This document shows, piece after piece, positions 1 to 12,382 of a DNA stretch of 64,000 bases. Source of the DNA: Azolla caroliniana (lineage: Eukaryota > Plantae > Polypodiophyta); NCBI GenBank assembly GCA_043228905.1, contig JBHGNT010000006.1, positions 13,516,001-13,580,000 on the forward strand. Reading direction: 5' to 3'. A program made the translations under genes and the position numbers. Below the pieces are notes generated by a model. The model was not told the origin of the DNA. It ran no database searches and was given only the letters and a program-made list of their open reading frames with translations. Numbering within the stretch: position 1 is the stretch's first letter; each line of letters starts with the position of its first letter.

Positions 1-1541
1 AGGAAACGTTGTGCACATGCCCTCTTTCGTCGACTTCGATCCTTTAATATTTCTAATCCACTATTAGCTACAATTTTTGATGGAGCTAGTGATGCACAAG
101 TGGCTGCAAAGGAGTTGAGGACGTTGTTACAAAATGAACATGGTAAGGAAATTTTGGCTCCGTCACATATATTACGGTGTATGGTACATACTTTTCAGTT
201 GGGCATCAAGTCAGCATTAGAGGTTATCTCACCCTCAACAGAAAAGTTGAGAACAGTTCTCTATACTATAAGATCTAGTAAGGTTCGAGGGGAAGTATTT
301 AGGAAGTATGCTAGGATAGCTGAACATCGTGAAAGAGAACCCCCAAGGCTTGATGTTGTTACAAGATGGAATTCTACCTTGGAAATGTTTAGGCAAGCTA
401 TCAAGGATAGAGATGTATTGACTTTAACAGTTTCAAATTTAACAATATCAAGTGATTTCAATGGTTATGTCTTGACCGGAGAAGATTGGAGCTACATACA
501 TGCCATGGAGGAATGGCTAGATACACCTATAGAGGTTTGTACTTTTCTAGGAGTGTCAAGATATCCCACATTATCGATAGCATCTCTAGCGTATAATTGT
601 TTACTAAATCATTGTAATCAATTTTTGGATTCTTCACTTCTAGCATCATCTAGATTCACACAAGAGGTGCTTCAAAGCGCGTTTGAGAATTGCTTACAAT
701 ATTTAATTAAGTATCAAGAATCGTTGAAGTCTATTCCATCTCGCATAGCAATGCTTCTTGATCCCAGGTAATGCTTACCTTTATGTCTTACAATTTTCAT
801 CATGCTTGCTGATTTTTTATTTGGGTTTTAATTATTTTTATTCGTTACATAGATTGCATCTTCCAAATGATCATACAGAAAGAGAGTTAGATATTAAGTT
901 GGTTGAAAGCATGATTACATCCCATTACCACTCATTCTTGAGTGATGTTGAACCATCGTTGGCTTCAACCACAATTCCTCCAAATGATAATAACTCTAAA
1001 ATTTGGAGATTAATGGGTGTAAAAAATAAAAGTCTTGTTTCTGATTCACGATCAAAAATTGAGCACTTTATAAGACTTCCTTCTGGCACAAACAAGGATC
1101 CATTACAATGGAGGAATGATAATAAATTTGCAATGCTACAACTATATAGGATGGCATGTGATTACTTCGTTTTACCGGCATCAACTATACATGCTGAAGA
1201 GGCTAATTCAGCAGCAAAAATGACCTTTGATAACGGGATCAAACTTCATTCATGCACATTCAAAGCTGAAATGTGTATTCGATCATGGATGGATGTTTTA
1301 AAAGAATCTAATGTTCAATTGACAGATAATTTTCACACTACTTATAAAGAACTAATAATGAATTTGGATGATCTTGTTAGTGAAGATGAGGTAATAGATT
1401 ACATCTTACATGATAGTCAAAGGAAAATTAAGGTTTGCATACTTTTTACTTGGTTGTTTTTTATTTGAGACTTTACTTGTTATTTTTATTACTAATTACT
1501 TACGTGTTTTATGTATTTTATATATACAGGAATCATGTTGA
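1..1541 (+). CDS. hAT transposase, spliced, 5'-partial
   Basis: ORFs 100..771 and 758..1468 join in frame through a GT-AG intron 768..852 (LLDPR|LHLPND). A probable second intron 1433..1529 leads to a short last exon (ESC*). Confidence 0.7.
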
Positions 1542-2262
1542 TTCTTCACAAGTTAATGATTGTGGTGGTTGCAATTGGAGATCCTCAAAGTCAATGTAAT
1601 TTTTACTACATACTTTTTACTATTTTCTTTTTTATTCGATTTTTTATAAATTTTTTATTGTTAATTACTTAATTCTTTTACATATTTTATACTTTCAGGA
1701 ATCCCTAATTCTAACTTAAAGAAAAGATTGGAAATGAGAAGATGAACACTCATTTACATATATGGATTTGGAAAATGCTTCATTTGAAGTATAAACTCTA
1801 TTATATGGATTGTTATTTTTTGGTTACATATTTGGATTTAAAGTTTGAACTCTACTATATGGATTTTACTATCATTCCAAAAAATATTTATCTTTTTATG
1901 TTATATCTTATCATTTTCTAAAAATTAGTAAATCTCAGAAAATGTGGTGTGAATTTCTATTTATTTTATGATATTTGTTATTCTAGAGTATTTGGTTTGG
2001 TTCAATTTGTAGATTCGTTTTCATTGGATTATGTCAAAACAGTTTGGTTTGGTTTGGTTTTTTGTATGAAAAACTAGTTTGGTTTTGATTTTTGATAAAC
2101 CGGTTTCGGTTTGGTTCTAAAATTTTTGTAAACGGTTTGGTTTCACCTACATTTTAAATGGTTTGGTTTAAATGGTTCAGCTCTAAACGGTTCGGTTTAA
2201 AGGGCTTCAAAAAATTTAAATGGTTTGGTTTGGTTTGGTGAACCAAACTGCGCCCATTGCTA
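1..2262 (+). mobile_element. hAT-superfamily DNA transposon, 3' part (5' end outside the window)
   Basis: Transposase motifs CMVHTFQL, LDVVTRWNST, LLDPR and a C-terminal dimerisation-like region. GGTTT-rich subterminal repeats at ~1990-2250. Terminus ...CGCCCATTGCTA at 2262 (reads TAGCAATGGGCG on the other strand, a hAT-like TAG end). Confidence 0.85.
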
Positions 2263-3172
2263 GGTATGAACTTCAACAACATCAAAAGACTCACCTGTGT
2301 GACTCATAGATTTCTCTTGAGGAGGGGTGTTCATTGACTTCCTCTCAAGACGATGACAGGTATCCTTTCTATGGCCCCGCTTCTTGCAATATGCACAGAA
2401 GAGGTTCGGTTTCTTGGAGTTGCGGTCAAGAGTGTCATTGGCGAACTCAAGTTTATTGTGGTCTTTCTTGGAAGTCCTATGGTACCAAAGTACAATGTTG
2501 ACGGCTTCCTCAAAAGTTGTGGGTTCCTTGTCATGGACAATCCAATGGTAATCCCCATTGGGAATACCATTCAAAAAGCAAGCAACAAACCATTTCTCAC
2601 CCGTAAGTCCCGATTTTTGGATCTGGGTCCGAGCATGATGCACATAATCCTCGAGAGAGGTAAATGGCTTACTCGACAACGTGAGCAAGTGTTGCATTTG
2701 TTCAATTTGAGAAGGTGGCTACAAAAACTGTTTCTTAAAAACATCAACGAAACCTTCCCAAGTTGTGGGTAAGTTCTTTGCAGTCCTTAGGCCGCGCCAC
2801 CTAGCAGCAACTCAACCACCTAACTCACGGCTGCCATAACCAATTTTTACAACATTGGGCTTGGGGTGGAGCTCAAAGTGAGACTCCCAACGACCAAGCC
2901 AAGTGCTAATTGCCTCCTCGGTTCTTTCTTTCTTATCTCCCTTGAATGGTGTTACTACGAAAGAAGGTTCACCTTCTTTCTTGGACTTAATAGTCAATTC
3001 TTGGAATTTCTTTTCCAATGTCATATTGGTTTGCCTCATTTTGGCCAATTGATTCAAGGTAGTAGTGAGCAATTGCTCAATAGTGATCTCAGCTTGTGTG
3101 CGAGATGCAGATTGGAGTTGAGAGGTCTCGATTGGAGAGATCGCTCGAATAGCGTTCAAAACTTGTTCCATG
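2260..3172 (-). pseudogene. Ty3/gypsy gag with CCHC zinc knuckle, disrupted
   Basis: FKGDKKERTEEAISTWL...LPTTWEGFVDVFKKQF and CAYCKKRGHRKDTC. Internal stops; truncated by the hAT end. Confidence 0.75.
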
Positions 3173-3420
3173 ATGCAAGCTCTGGGTATGCAATATAAAT
3201 AAGGAGGTTCAGAAAATACACAAGAAAAATGAATGCTTGAAATTTTGATTATAAGAACTTTACCAAGAAAGCATCTCACGTCTTTACCCCTCTAGACATA
3301 TGAGATGTGATTCGAGATCCAATAACTATGGTAACACTATGGTGTTTTAAAAACCATAGGGGAAAACATAGCTATGATGTCTTTCTCGGATCTCTATCTT
3401 GAATAATCATGGCGACTCCC

Positions 3421-4901
3421 CGAGGCTCAACCATGGTTCTAACATCAATGTAGTTTCCTAGTTAGCCTTATATTAGAATGCCAACCCAACATGTATAGAT
3501 ATGGTCAAGAAAGTGTATTACGTGAAAGAACAAGTGCACTCGCAAGTAATATTCTAGTCTTGCGAGTAGCAAGCAAATGTTATGAAAAAAAGAGAAAAAG
3601 AAGTCACTATCTATAAGAGTCAAGAAGTGACGAAAACAAGGTTCAAAAAACCATGCGTTCTCTACGAAACAAAAATACCACAAATAAATGGATTTGCGAT
3701 GTATGCACATATACATCCCAATATGATGGTTTTAAATTTGCACAATTGTGACATAAGCCACAAATTCAAACAAATGGTGGTGGTATTGTGCGCAAAGATG
3801 TAGTACTCAAATTTATGAGTAAAACATCAATAGGGGAATTCATATGATTTCACTTGAGTTCTAAGGCTCAATAATATGAGTTAAACCTAGATGACCCGTT
3901 GGAAATAATCGTTCAAAAAGTGGCATGATGCTCAGTCAATATGAAAAAAATAGACTACACAAAATCGTTACCCAATAGGGAAACACACGTAAATAGTGTA
4001 AATGAACATAAAAATTAAGGTTTAAAATATAGTGAAGTGTGGGTGGGTAGATGAAAATCATAAGAAAATCTTAAGAAAGGGAGAAGATAACTTGTCTAAT
4101 TAAAAAATAGGTAGAATAATAATCAATTAGGTGTATCAACATTAAGCATGCCTTAAGGGATGACACCTCGAGGTTCAACCATGGTTCTAACATCAATGTA
4201 GTTTCCTAGTTAGCCTTATATTAGAATGCCAACCCAACATGTATAGATATGGTCAAGAAAGTGTATTACGTGAAAGAACAAGTGCACTCGCAAGTAATAT
4301 TCTAGTCTTGCGAGTAGCAAGCAAATGTTATGAAAAAAAGAGAAAAAGAAGTCACTATCTATAAGAGTCAAGAAGTGACGAAAACAAGGTTCAAAAAACC
4401 ATGCGTTCTCTACGAAACAAAAATACCACAAATAAATGGATTTGCGATGTATGCACATATCCATCCCAATATGGTGGTTGTAATTTGCACAATTGTGACA
4501 TAAGCCACAAGTTGATACAAATGGTGGCGATGTTGTGCACAAAGATGTAGTACTCAAATTTATGAGTAAAACATCAATAGGGGAACTCATGTGGTTTTAC
4601 TCGAGTTTTAAGGCTCGATAATATGAGTTAAACCTAGATGAGCCGTTGGAAATAATCATTCAAAAAACGGCATGATGCCCACTCAATACGAAAAAATAGT
4701 CTACACGGAAGCGTTACATCATAGGTAAACGTACATAAATACTTTAAACATGACAAGGAAGGGAAAAATGAGAGATAATTGTGGGTGGGTAAATGACAAT
4801 TACTAGAAAATCATACAAAAGTGAAACGAAAATTTGTGTAATTAGAATTTAATTAGAATAATAAGCAATTAGGTGTATGCAACATTAAGCATGCCTTAAG
4901 G
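3421..4901. repeat. Tandem duplication, ~748-bp unit (3421..~4160 and 4169..~4901), in the gypsy leader
   Basis: Both copies start CGAGG(C/T)TCAACCATGG and end CATTAAGCATGCCTTAAGG. ORFs 3468..3716 and 4216..4590 share their translation at an offset of 748. Confidence 0.9.
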
Positions 4902-5013
4902 TACGAAACCCTAGAGTAATCAACATGCACCTCCTCAAGAACACCACATCTCCCTAGAATCGGCCAAGTGAAGGCTCAATAAAGAGTAAAGTGACATAGG
5001 TAAATGACATATA

Positions 5014-5101
5014 TGTTGGAGACAAAGTCGTCTATGCGGAAGATCAAGAAGCATTCGATTCTATTCTGTACCTGCGTATGACAGTCTCTAGTTCGTTGCA
5101 C

Positions 5102-5135
<34 letters not shown>

Positions 5136-5322
5136 GCACAAAAGACTTTCTATTCAATAGAAACAATAATACAACACCCAACCTTACAAAAGGGTTACAA
5201 GGTCACTATATATAGTGACCGACTTAGGGCAACTACCCTTTATGCTAATTACACAAATGCCCCAAACTTGGGCTATACAAAGGGATAGTGTGAATACGTC
5301 CATTATACACTTGTATTCGACA
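5014..5322 (-). repeat. 3' LTR of the outer copia
   Basis: 309-bp direct repeat of 15591..15901, adjacent to the PPT. Confidence 0.95.
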
Positions 5323-5517
5323 CTCCCCCGTAATGGGCGTATACATGGGTTATCTAAGATTACAGGTATAAACCTAGGTTCTCGGACATATCAGTTTTTT
5401 GTTCGAGTCGGCAGGGTCCGAAGGCAGAAGACCGAACTGGTCGGGTCGGAAGAGTTGAAGCCGATCATTAAGGAACTGATGTCGGTTGTCGGAGACCATC
5501 CTGCGCTGTGTCTAGCT

Positions 5518-7651
5518 CTAACCGGACTGGTTTGTCGTTACGCCCATCTGATGCCGAAGAGACCGAAAACGGTCTGCCGAAAGACACTTGGTCATTCCAT
5601 CTGCGACATTGTCGGTTGTGGATATTTTCTCTAGACCGATTTTCCCTGAAATGACGCAGTCCCGAACGAAGTGATATCGAACGTCGATATGTTTGGAGGC
5701 GTTGTGGTGAACCGGATTTTTCGACAAGGCAACAACACCTTGACTGTCGCTGTAGACAACTGGAGCCGAGTCATGGTCGACTTGTCGAAACGTGTGCGCC
5801 AGCCGACCGAGCCACAAAGCTTCTTTTGCTGCGTCGGACGCAGCTACATATTCTGCTTCGGTCGTTGAGGTCGCTGTGCACTCCTGAAGTTTCGACTTCC
5901 ACGAGATTGCTCCATTGCCGAATTTGAAGCAGTATCCGGTTGTTGATTTCCGACTGTCTATACAGCCGGCGAAATCCGAGTCGGTGTAACCGACTACGCC
6001 TGAGGTTCGGTTCGGACCGAAAAGAATGTCGTGGTCTTTTGTGCCAGCCAGATATCTGAACACATGCTTGACTGCGTTCCAATGCGATCGGCCAGGATTG
6101 TGCATAAATCTGCTAACGACTCCTACGGCATGAGAGATATCAAGCCGTGTCGCGACCATCAGGTACATAAGGGAGCCGACTGCCGGTGCATACGGTACCG
6201 ACTTCATATCTTCCCCCTCCGGACCGGATGTCGGGCAGTCTCGCTGAGAGAGCCGAAGATTCATGGGGAGCGGGGTTGAAGCAGATTTGGCTGATTGCAT
6301 GTTGAAGCGTTCCAAGACACGTCCGATATAGTCGGTCTGAGACAAAAAAAGATGTCGTTTATCGCGATGCCGACTAATCTTCATGCCAAGGATGTGTCGT
6401 GCCGGACCGAGGTCCTTCATGGCAAACTTCAACCGCAGTTGCCGAATGAGATCGGCAAGTTCGCCCGCGTGGCGTCCAGAAATTAGCATGTCGTCCACGT
6501 AGATGATGAGGAAGATGGGTGATCCATCTTGAGCTGTGTTGGTAAAAAGACAATGGTCCTCATCGCTTTTTGAGAAGCCGATCGATTGGATGAAGTCGTC
6601 GAACTTCTTGTACCATTGTCGCGGTGCCTGTTTGAGGCCGTATAGACTCTTCCTGAGTCGGCAGACTAGATGTTCTTGGCCAGTTGCCACGAAGCCTTTT
6701 GGCTGCTCCATATAAATTTCCTCGTCAAGATCACCATGGAGGAAGGCTGTTTTGACATCTAGCTGAATCAGCTCCAAGTTGTCGGCTGCCACTACGCCGA
6801 GTAGAAAACGAAGGGTTGTCATTTTCACCACTGGTGAAAAAATCTCGTCGAAGTCGACGCCATATTCTTGTCGGAAGCCCTTCGCAACTAATCTGGCCTT
6901 GTACTTTGGGGTGGTCGAATCAGACGTCTCTTTTAGTCGATAAACCCACTTGCAAGGAAGAGCACGTCGATTCTTAGGTAATTCGACCAGATCCCAAGTC
7001 TTGTTTGCCCGAATGGAGTGCATTTCCGACTCCATCGCCAGATGCCAGGTGGCTGAATCGACAGATGTCGATGCTTCTTCGTAAGACGTCGGTTCGCCGG
7101 CGTCGGTGAAGAAAATTCCAGGAGAATACCTCTCCGGAGGTTGCGACAGTCTCTCGGATCGTCGAGGTATGATTGGACTAGTCACATCGGGTATCGGTGT
7201 CGGATGGTCCGAAAGCGAATTATTCTGCTGTGCCGAGTCGGAGTTGTCCGAGTCGGGAGTGTAAGGTTCAGCTACCCGTGAAGCTGACCGTGTGTTAAGA
7301 GCGGGGCCTTCTTGAAGGGTCGGCACATTGGAAAATGTTACCCTTCGGACTTCGGTCGGTTTTTCGACTGATGGATTCATAGCCGACTCGTTGAACACAA
7401 CGTCCGAACTTCGAACGATTTGTCTGCGTTCGGGGTCCCAGAGTCGGTATCCCATTTCGCCGTCTGATCCATATCCAAGGAAAATGCATTTCCTGGACCG
7501 AGGTGCAAGTTTTCGGCGATCATCTTTCGGAATAAGGGCGTACGCCTCGCATCCGAAGATCCTCAGCTTGTCGTAATTCGGCTTACTGCCGATCCATAGT
7601 TCCTGAGGAATTTGAAGTCCTAGAGGTCTACTTGGCGACATATTGATTATG
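5518..7651 (-). CDS. Outer copia polyprotein, C-terminal half (integrase C-terminus, RT, RNase H)
   Basis: GKGY-like FLGY, QLDVKTAFLHG, LYGLKQAPRQW, YVDD, YTDSD, STTEAEY, KHIDVRYHF. Confidence 0.93.
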
Positions 7652-7656
7652 TGTAC

Positions 7657-8268
7657 TGTTGGGAATCAACGCTTCGATTCACCTTCACCACTCGGCCACA
7701 ACCGAGTAAGCGCGAATCAATGGAGCAGAAAATAGGAACCACACAGAGAAACAAAACGCGAACACACAGGGATTAACGTGGAAAACCCTAGACGGGAAAA
7801 ACCACGGGAGTACAAGACTCCAAACCAACACTATACAGAGAAGTATACAATGGCGAGCTGCAAGGCGACGACCTTGAGCTCGCTATCCTCGCCACAGGAG
7901 GCGAAATACAAAGAGGCGTCGTCCTCTTCCTCTCTCACGCTCTATCTCTCTCTCTCTCTCTCACGGCTGCTCCCTCTTCACTCCTCTTGAGTGGAAAAAC
8001 AGAAAAATGATCAGCAGCGACAAAACTGTTTGCCCTAAGTCATATTTATACATATATGACTTTGGGGCTATTTACAACTATAGCCTCAGGGGCCCATAGC
8101 GAACATATTCACGGATATGTCCCTGCATCCGGATCGCTCTCCGGGTACATTCGTCATCCGGCACCGAAGCCGGGGTCTTCATCATCCGGATCCGAAACCG
8201 AAACCGGGCTCGTCGGCATTCATCTCCGACATCCGACCATCCCATCCGAAGGGATCGTAATCCCAACA
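7657..8268 (-). repeat. 3' LTR of the inner copia
   Basis: 612-bp repeat, TGTTGGGA...TCCCAACA. Confidence 0.95.
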
Positions 8269-8521
8269 AACTCCCCCTTCACTTCGGCATGGGATGTCTT
8301 TCCAATCCGATCCTCTTTCGGCATGCTTCCAGCTTGTCGGGTGTGAGGACCTTGGTCAGCATATCCGACCCGTTCTCGTCCGTGTGGATCTTTGTCAGCA
8401 CGAACTCCTTGTCTTCTATCCTTTCCCGGATCCAGTGATATCTTCGCTGGATGTGCTTCGTCCGGGAGTGATAGGCCGCGTTCTTCGCAAGGTGGATTGC
8501 ACTCTGACTGTCGCAGTAGAG

Positions 8522-11500
8522 TCAGTACTCCTCCTGCCGGATACCGAGCTCTCTGATGAAGTCCTTCATCCATATTATTTCCTTGCCGGCTTCAACAGCT
8601 GCCATGTACTCCGCCTCCGTGGTTGACAACGCAACCGTCTTCTGCAGCCTCGACTGCCACGAAACGGCTCCCCCTGCATACGTCATCACATACCCTGATG
8701 TGGACCGGCTTGTATCTGCATCAGCCGACATATCCGAATCGGTGAAGCCGTCGAGTTCGGGCTTACCGGAGCCGAATCGGAGGCACACGTTTGCCGTGCC
8801 TTTCAGGTATCGGAGTATCCACTTGGCCGCGTTCCAATGCTCTTTGCCGGGATTGCTCATGTACCGGCTCACCACTCCGACTGCATATCCTATGTCCGGT
8901 CTCGTACACACCATGGCGTACATCAAGCTCCCGACGGCAGAGGCATATGGTACTTTCATCATGTCCTCCTTCTCAGCCTTTGTCTTGGGACTTTGCTTGC
9001 TGGACAGCTTGCAGTTTGCCGGGAGGGTCGATCCGACCGGTCTTGCTTCCGACATGTTGAACCGGTGAAGCACCTTCGTCACGTACTTCTCCTGTGACAG
9101 CCACAACTGCTTCTTCTTCCGGTCCCGGATGATGTGCATCCCTAGTATTTGCCTCGCCGGACCCAGGTCCTTCATTGAGAAGGTTCGGTGAAGAGCCTTC
9201 TTCAGCATCCGTATCTTGACCTGGTCCCGTCCGACGATCAACATGTCGTCCACGTACAGGAGGAGTATTAGAAAGTCTCCTCCTTCGAACTTCTTCACAA
9301 ACACGCAGTGGTCGGACTGCGTTTTGAGGTACTCTTCGTCGGTCATGAAGGAGTCGAACTTCCGGTACCATTGCCGGGGAGCCTGCTTCAGTCCGTAAAG
9401 GCTCTTCTTCAACCGGCATACCAGGTGCTCCTTCCCTTTCTTCTCGAATCCTTCCGGTTGCTGCATGTAGATCTCTTCATCGAGGTCACCGTGAAGGAAT
9501 GCCGTCTTCACGTCCATCTGTTCTACCTCGAGGTCCATGCTTGCCGCTATGCTCAGCACCGTCCGGATGGAGGTCATCTTCACTACCGGGGCAAATATCT
9601 CGTCGAAGTCGATGCCCTTCTTTTGCTGAAACCCCTTCACCACGATCCTGGCTTTGTATCTCGGGGGTTTTCCGGCATCTCCCGGTTTCAGCTTGAACAC
9701 CCACTTGTTTCGAAGTGCCCGCTTTCCTTTCGGCAACTCCACAAGTTCATATGTGTGGTTCTCATGCAGGGAATCCATCTCGTCCTGCATGGCACTCAAC
9801 CACCTGCGGCTCTGGGTGTCATGTTTTGCTTCTTCAAAGCTCTCCGGCTCCCCCTCGTCGGTTAGCAGCACGTGCTCTGGTTCCGGAAATCTCCGGGGGG
9901 CCCTTCTCTCTCTTAGAGGATATCTCCGTTCCGGAGCTTCGGTAACCGGTTCTTCCGATTCTTCTTCATCCAAATCCATTTCGGGGTCGGGGCCGGTTCC
10001 GGTATCATTTTCATCTTCTTCGGCCGGTTCTGTTTCTTCACCGTCTTCGGCCGGATCCTCGAGTGCTAACCGGTCCCTTGCCGGTCGGGACTGCTCCTCG
10101 TAGAGTTGATCCTCACCGGTCGACTTGGAGCTCTTCATCTTCTTCTCCGACTCCCAGTCGGCGAGTGTCTTGTCCTCCATGAAGATGATGTCTCGACTCC
10201 TGAATATCTTCTTGTCGACCGGGTCCCATACTTGGTAGCCGAACTCGTCGTCGCCGTAACCGAGGAATATGCATGGCCGGGTCTTTGGATCTAGCTTTCC
10301 TCTCCGGTCCTTTGCCACATGCACGTATGCGAGACACCCGAACACCTTCAGATGCCGGTAGGACACTTCCTTACCGGTCCACACTTTCTGCGGCGTGTCT
10401 CCGTCCAAAGGTACTGAGGGTGATCTGTTTATCACGTATGTCGCCGTCGACATTGCCTCGGCCCAAAACCCCTTGGGTAATTTCGCATGCGCCAGCATAC
10501 TCCGGACCCTCTCCATTATGGTCCGGTGCATCCTCTCGGCCAGCCCGTTCAGTTCCGGCGTCTTCGGCACAGTAAACTCGAGTCGGATTCCCTTCGAGCG
10601 ACAGTACTCCCGGAACTGCCCCCGGTATTCCCCTCCGTTATCCGCTCGTATCGCTTTCAGCTTCTTGCCGGATTCCCTTTCCACTCTCGCGTGAAGTTCT
10701 TTGAAGACGCACAACACTTGGTCCTTTGTCTTCAACGGTGCCGTCCACAGCTTCCGGCTGTGATCATCAATGAATGTTACGAAGTACTGGGCTCCGCCAT
10801 GTGACTTCGTTTCTACCTGACACACATCAGTGTGCACCAACTCCAATGGTGCGTTGCGTCTCGTCGGTGGCCTTGAGTGGAAGGAGGTTCGGTTCTGCTT
10901 ACCGGCCAGGCAATCGGTGCACTTCTCCAGGTGCACATGCTTCACTGGAATAAGGTTGTCTTCTGCAAGCCTCTTCATCCCCTTCTCGCTCATGTGGCAC
11001 AGTCTTTTGTGCCACAGCTCACCGGCAGTGTCGGCTGCCACATTCAGCTCTTCCGGACATAACCGGGCATTCATCAGGTACAATGTGTTGTCTTTCCGAG
11101 CCCGAGCCACTATCAGGCTCCCCTTGCTGAACTTCATTACGCCGTTCCGGATGCTACCTGTGTAGCCTTCATCGTCTAGCCTCCCGGCCGAAATCAGGTT
11201 CAATCGAACTTCCGAAACGTGTCGGACATCCTTCAGCAGCATTTTGCATCCGGTCGGGGTTGTCAACCACACGTCTCCTATGCCGGCAATCCGGCACGTA
11301 CCTTCATTTCCCATTCGAACACAGCCATGCTCACCGGCTGTGTAGGATGAGAAGTATCTTCTCTCCGGGGTCAGGTGGAACGATGCTCCCGAATCGACCA
11401 CCCAGGTCGTCTCATCGCCGGCAATGTTTACTTCACTTTCTTCGGTGATGAGCATGATTTCTTCCTCACTTGCCGCGAGTGCCGTTGTTCCTTTCCGGTC

Positions 11501-12352
11501 CTGCCCTCGCCGATCCGAACCTCTCCGGTCCGTGGCTCCCCGGTATGCACTGTTTCTCTCCGGTGACTTCTTCGAATCGGTGTCGTCGGCTTCGTTGTCT
11601 TTTCGGTAATGCCGACAATTCTTTCGGAAGTGCCCCGGCTTCCCACAGTGGAAGCATGTGGGCCTTCCTCTTGACTGCGACCGGGTCCCCGACTTCTCCC
11701 ATCTTTGCGGACTCCGGTTCCATTGTCTTCCCCGATCCGATTCGGTAAGCAGCGCCTTCGAGTCGGAGGCCGGTTCTTTATCTCTCCGACGCGCTTCTTC
11801 GTTCAAAATACTTGTCTTTACCGTTTGTAAGGACAAGTTATCTTCGGTGCAGGAGGTGCTGAGAGTCACCACCAAGTTCTCCCAGCTTTCCGGCAATGTA
11901 CACATCAGGATGATGGCTTGCATTGCATCCTCCAACGGGAACTTGATCGCCGCAAGCTGATTCACGAAACCCATGAACGTGCTTACGTGTTCCACCATAC
12001 TCTCGCCGTCTCGGTACTTGAGATTCACTATCTTCCTCATCAGGGAGGTCCGGTTCAACGCATTCTTCCTCTCATAGAGGCCCGACAGCTTCCGCCACAT
12101 CTCATATGCGTTGGTGTCGTTCGCCACATGTTGTAGAACGCTCACGTCGACGTATTGCCGAATGGTTGCAACGGCTTTCCGGTTCAGAAGCCTCCATTCC
12201 GACTCAAGTACCCCTTTCGGTATTTCCGACCTGTCAATCGGTTCGTACAGGTCCCGAACAATCAGAAGATCCTCCATCTTGATCTTCCAGTCGGCGTAAT
12301 TCTGCGCAGTCAGCACCATCATCCCCGGCTGCCCGCTGCCGCCGCCTTCCAT
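8522..12352 (-). CDS. Inner copia gag-pol polyprotein with a premature TGA in RNase H (natural stop at 8279..8281)
   Basis: CFHCGKPGHFRKNC knuckle, WVVDSGAS protease, HHCC and DDE integrase, YVDD RT. The frame continues LYCDSQSAIHLAKN...KHIQRRYHW past the stop. First ATG is at 12352 (the track starts on a TTG). Confidence 0.93.
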   Translation of the reverse strand: MEGGGSGQPGMMVLTAQNYADWKIKMEDLLIVRDLYEPIDRSEIPKGVLESEWRLLNRKAVATIRQYVDVSVLQHVANDTNAYEMWRKLSGLYERKNALNRTSLMRKIVNLKYRDGESMVEHVSTFMGFVNQLAAIKFPLEDAMQAIILMCTLPESWENLVVTLSTSCTEDNLSLQTVKTSILNEEARRRDKEPASDSKALLTESDRGRQWNRSPQRWEKSGTRSQSRGRPTCFHCGKPGHFRKNCRHYRKDNEADDTDSKKSPERNSAYRGATDRRGSDRRGQDRKGTTALAASEEEIMLITEESEVNIAGDETTWVVDSGASFHLTPERRYFSSYTAGEHGCVRMGNEGTCRIAGIGDVWLTTPTGCKMLLKDVRHVSEVRLNLISAGRLDDEGYTGSIRNGVMKFSKGSLIVARARKDNTLYLMNARLCPEELNVAADTAGELWHKRLCHMSEKGMKRLAEDNLIPVKHVHLEKCTDCLAGKQNRTSFHSRPPTRRNAPLELVHTDVCQVETKSHGGAQYFVTFIDDHSRKLWTAPLKTKDQVLCVFKELHARVERESGKKLKAIRADNGGEYRGQFREYCRSKGIRLEFTVPKTPELNGLAERMHRTIMERVRSMLAHAKLPKGFWAEAMSTATYVINRSPSVPLDGDTPQKVWTGKEVSYRHLKVFGCLAYVHVAKDRRGKLDPKTRPCIFLGYGDDEFGYQVWDPVDKKIFRSRDIIFMEDKTLADWESEKKMKSSKSTGEDQLYEEQSRPARDRLALEDPAEDGEETEPAEEDENDTGTGPDPEMDLDEEESEEPVTEAPERRYPLRERRAPRRFPEPEHVLLTDEGEPESFEEAKHDTQSRRWLSAMQDEMDSLHENHTYELVELPKGKRALRNKWVFKLKPGDAGKPPRYKARIVVKGFQQKKGIDFDEIFAPVVKMTSIRTVLSIAASMDLEVEQMDVKTAFLHGDLDEEIYMQQPEGFEKKGKEHLVCRLKKSLYGLKQAPRQWYRKFDSFMTDEEYLKTQSDHCVFVKKFEGGDFLILLLYVDDMLIVGRDQVKIRMLKKALHRTFSMKDLGPARQILGMHIIRDRKKKQLWLSQEKYVTKVLHRFNMSEARPVGSTLPANCKLSSKQSPKTKAEKEDMMKVPYASAVGSLMYAMVCTRPDIGYAVGVVSRYMSNPGKEHWNAAKWILRYLKGTANVCLRFGSGKPELDGFTDSDMSADADTSRSTSGYVMTYAGGAVSWQSRLQKTVALSTTEAEYMAAVEAGKEIIWMKDFIRELGIRQEEY

Positions 12353-12382
12353 TTTCTGCAGCAACTCGCTCTGATACCAGTT

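Noticed and set aside
3468-4590. Repeated 82/124-aa hydrophobic ORFs as a duplicated small gene or env-like gene
   Set aside because: No recognisable motif. The identity comes from the DNA duplication, and the frame is not kept in the diverged part.
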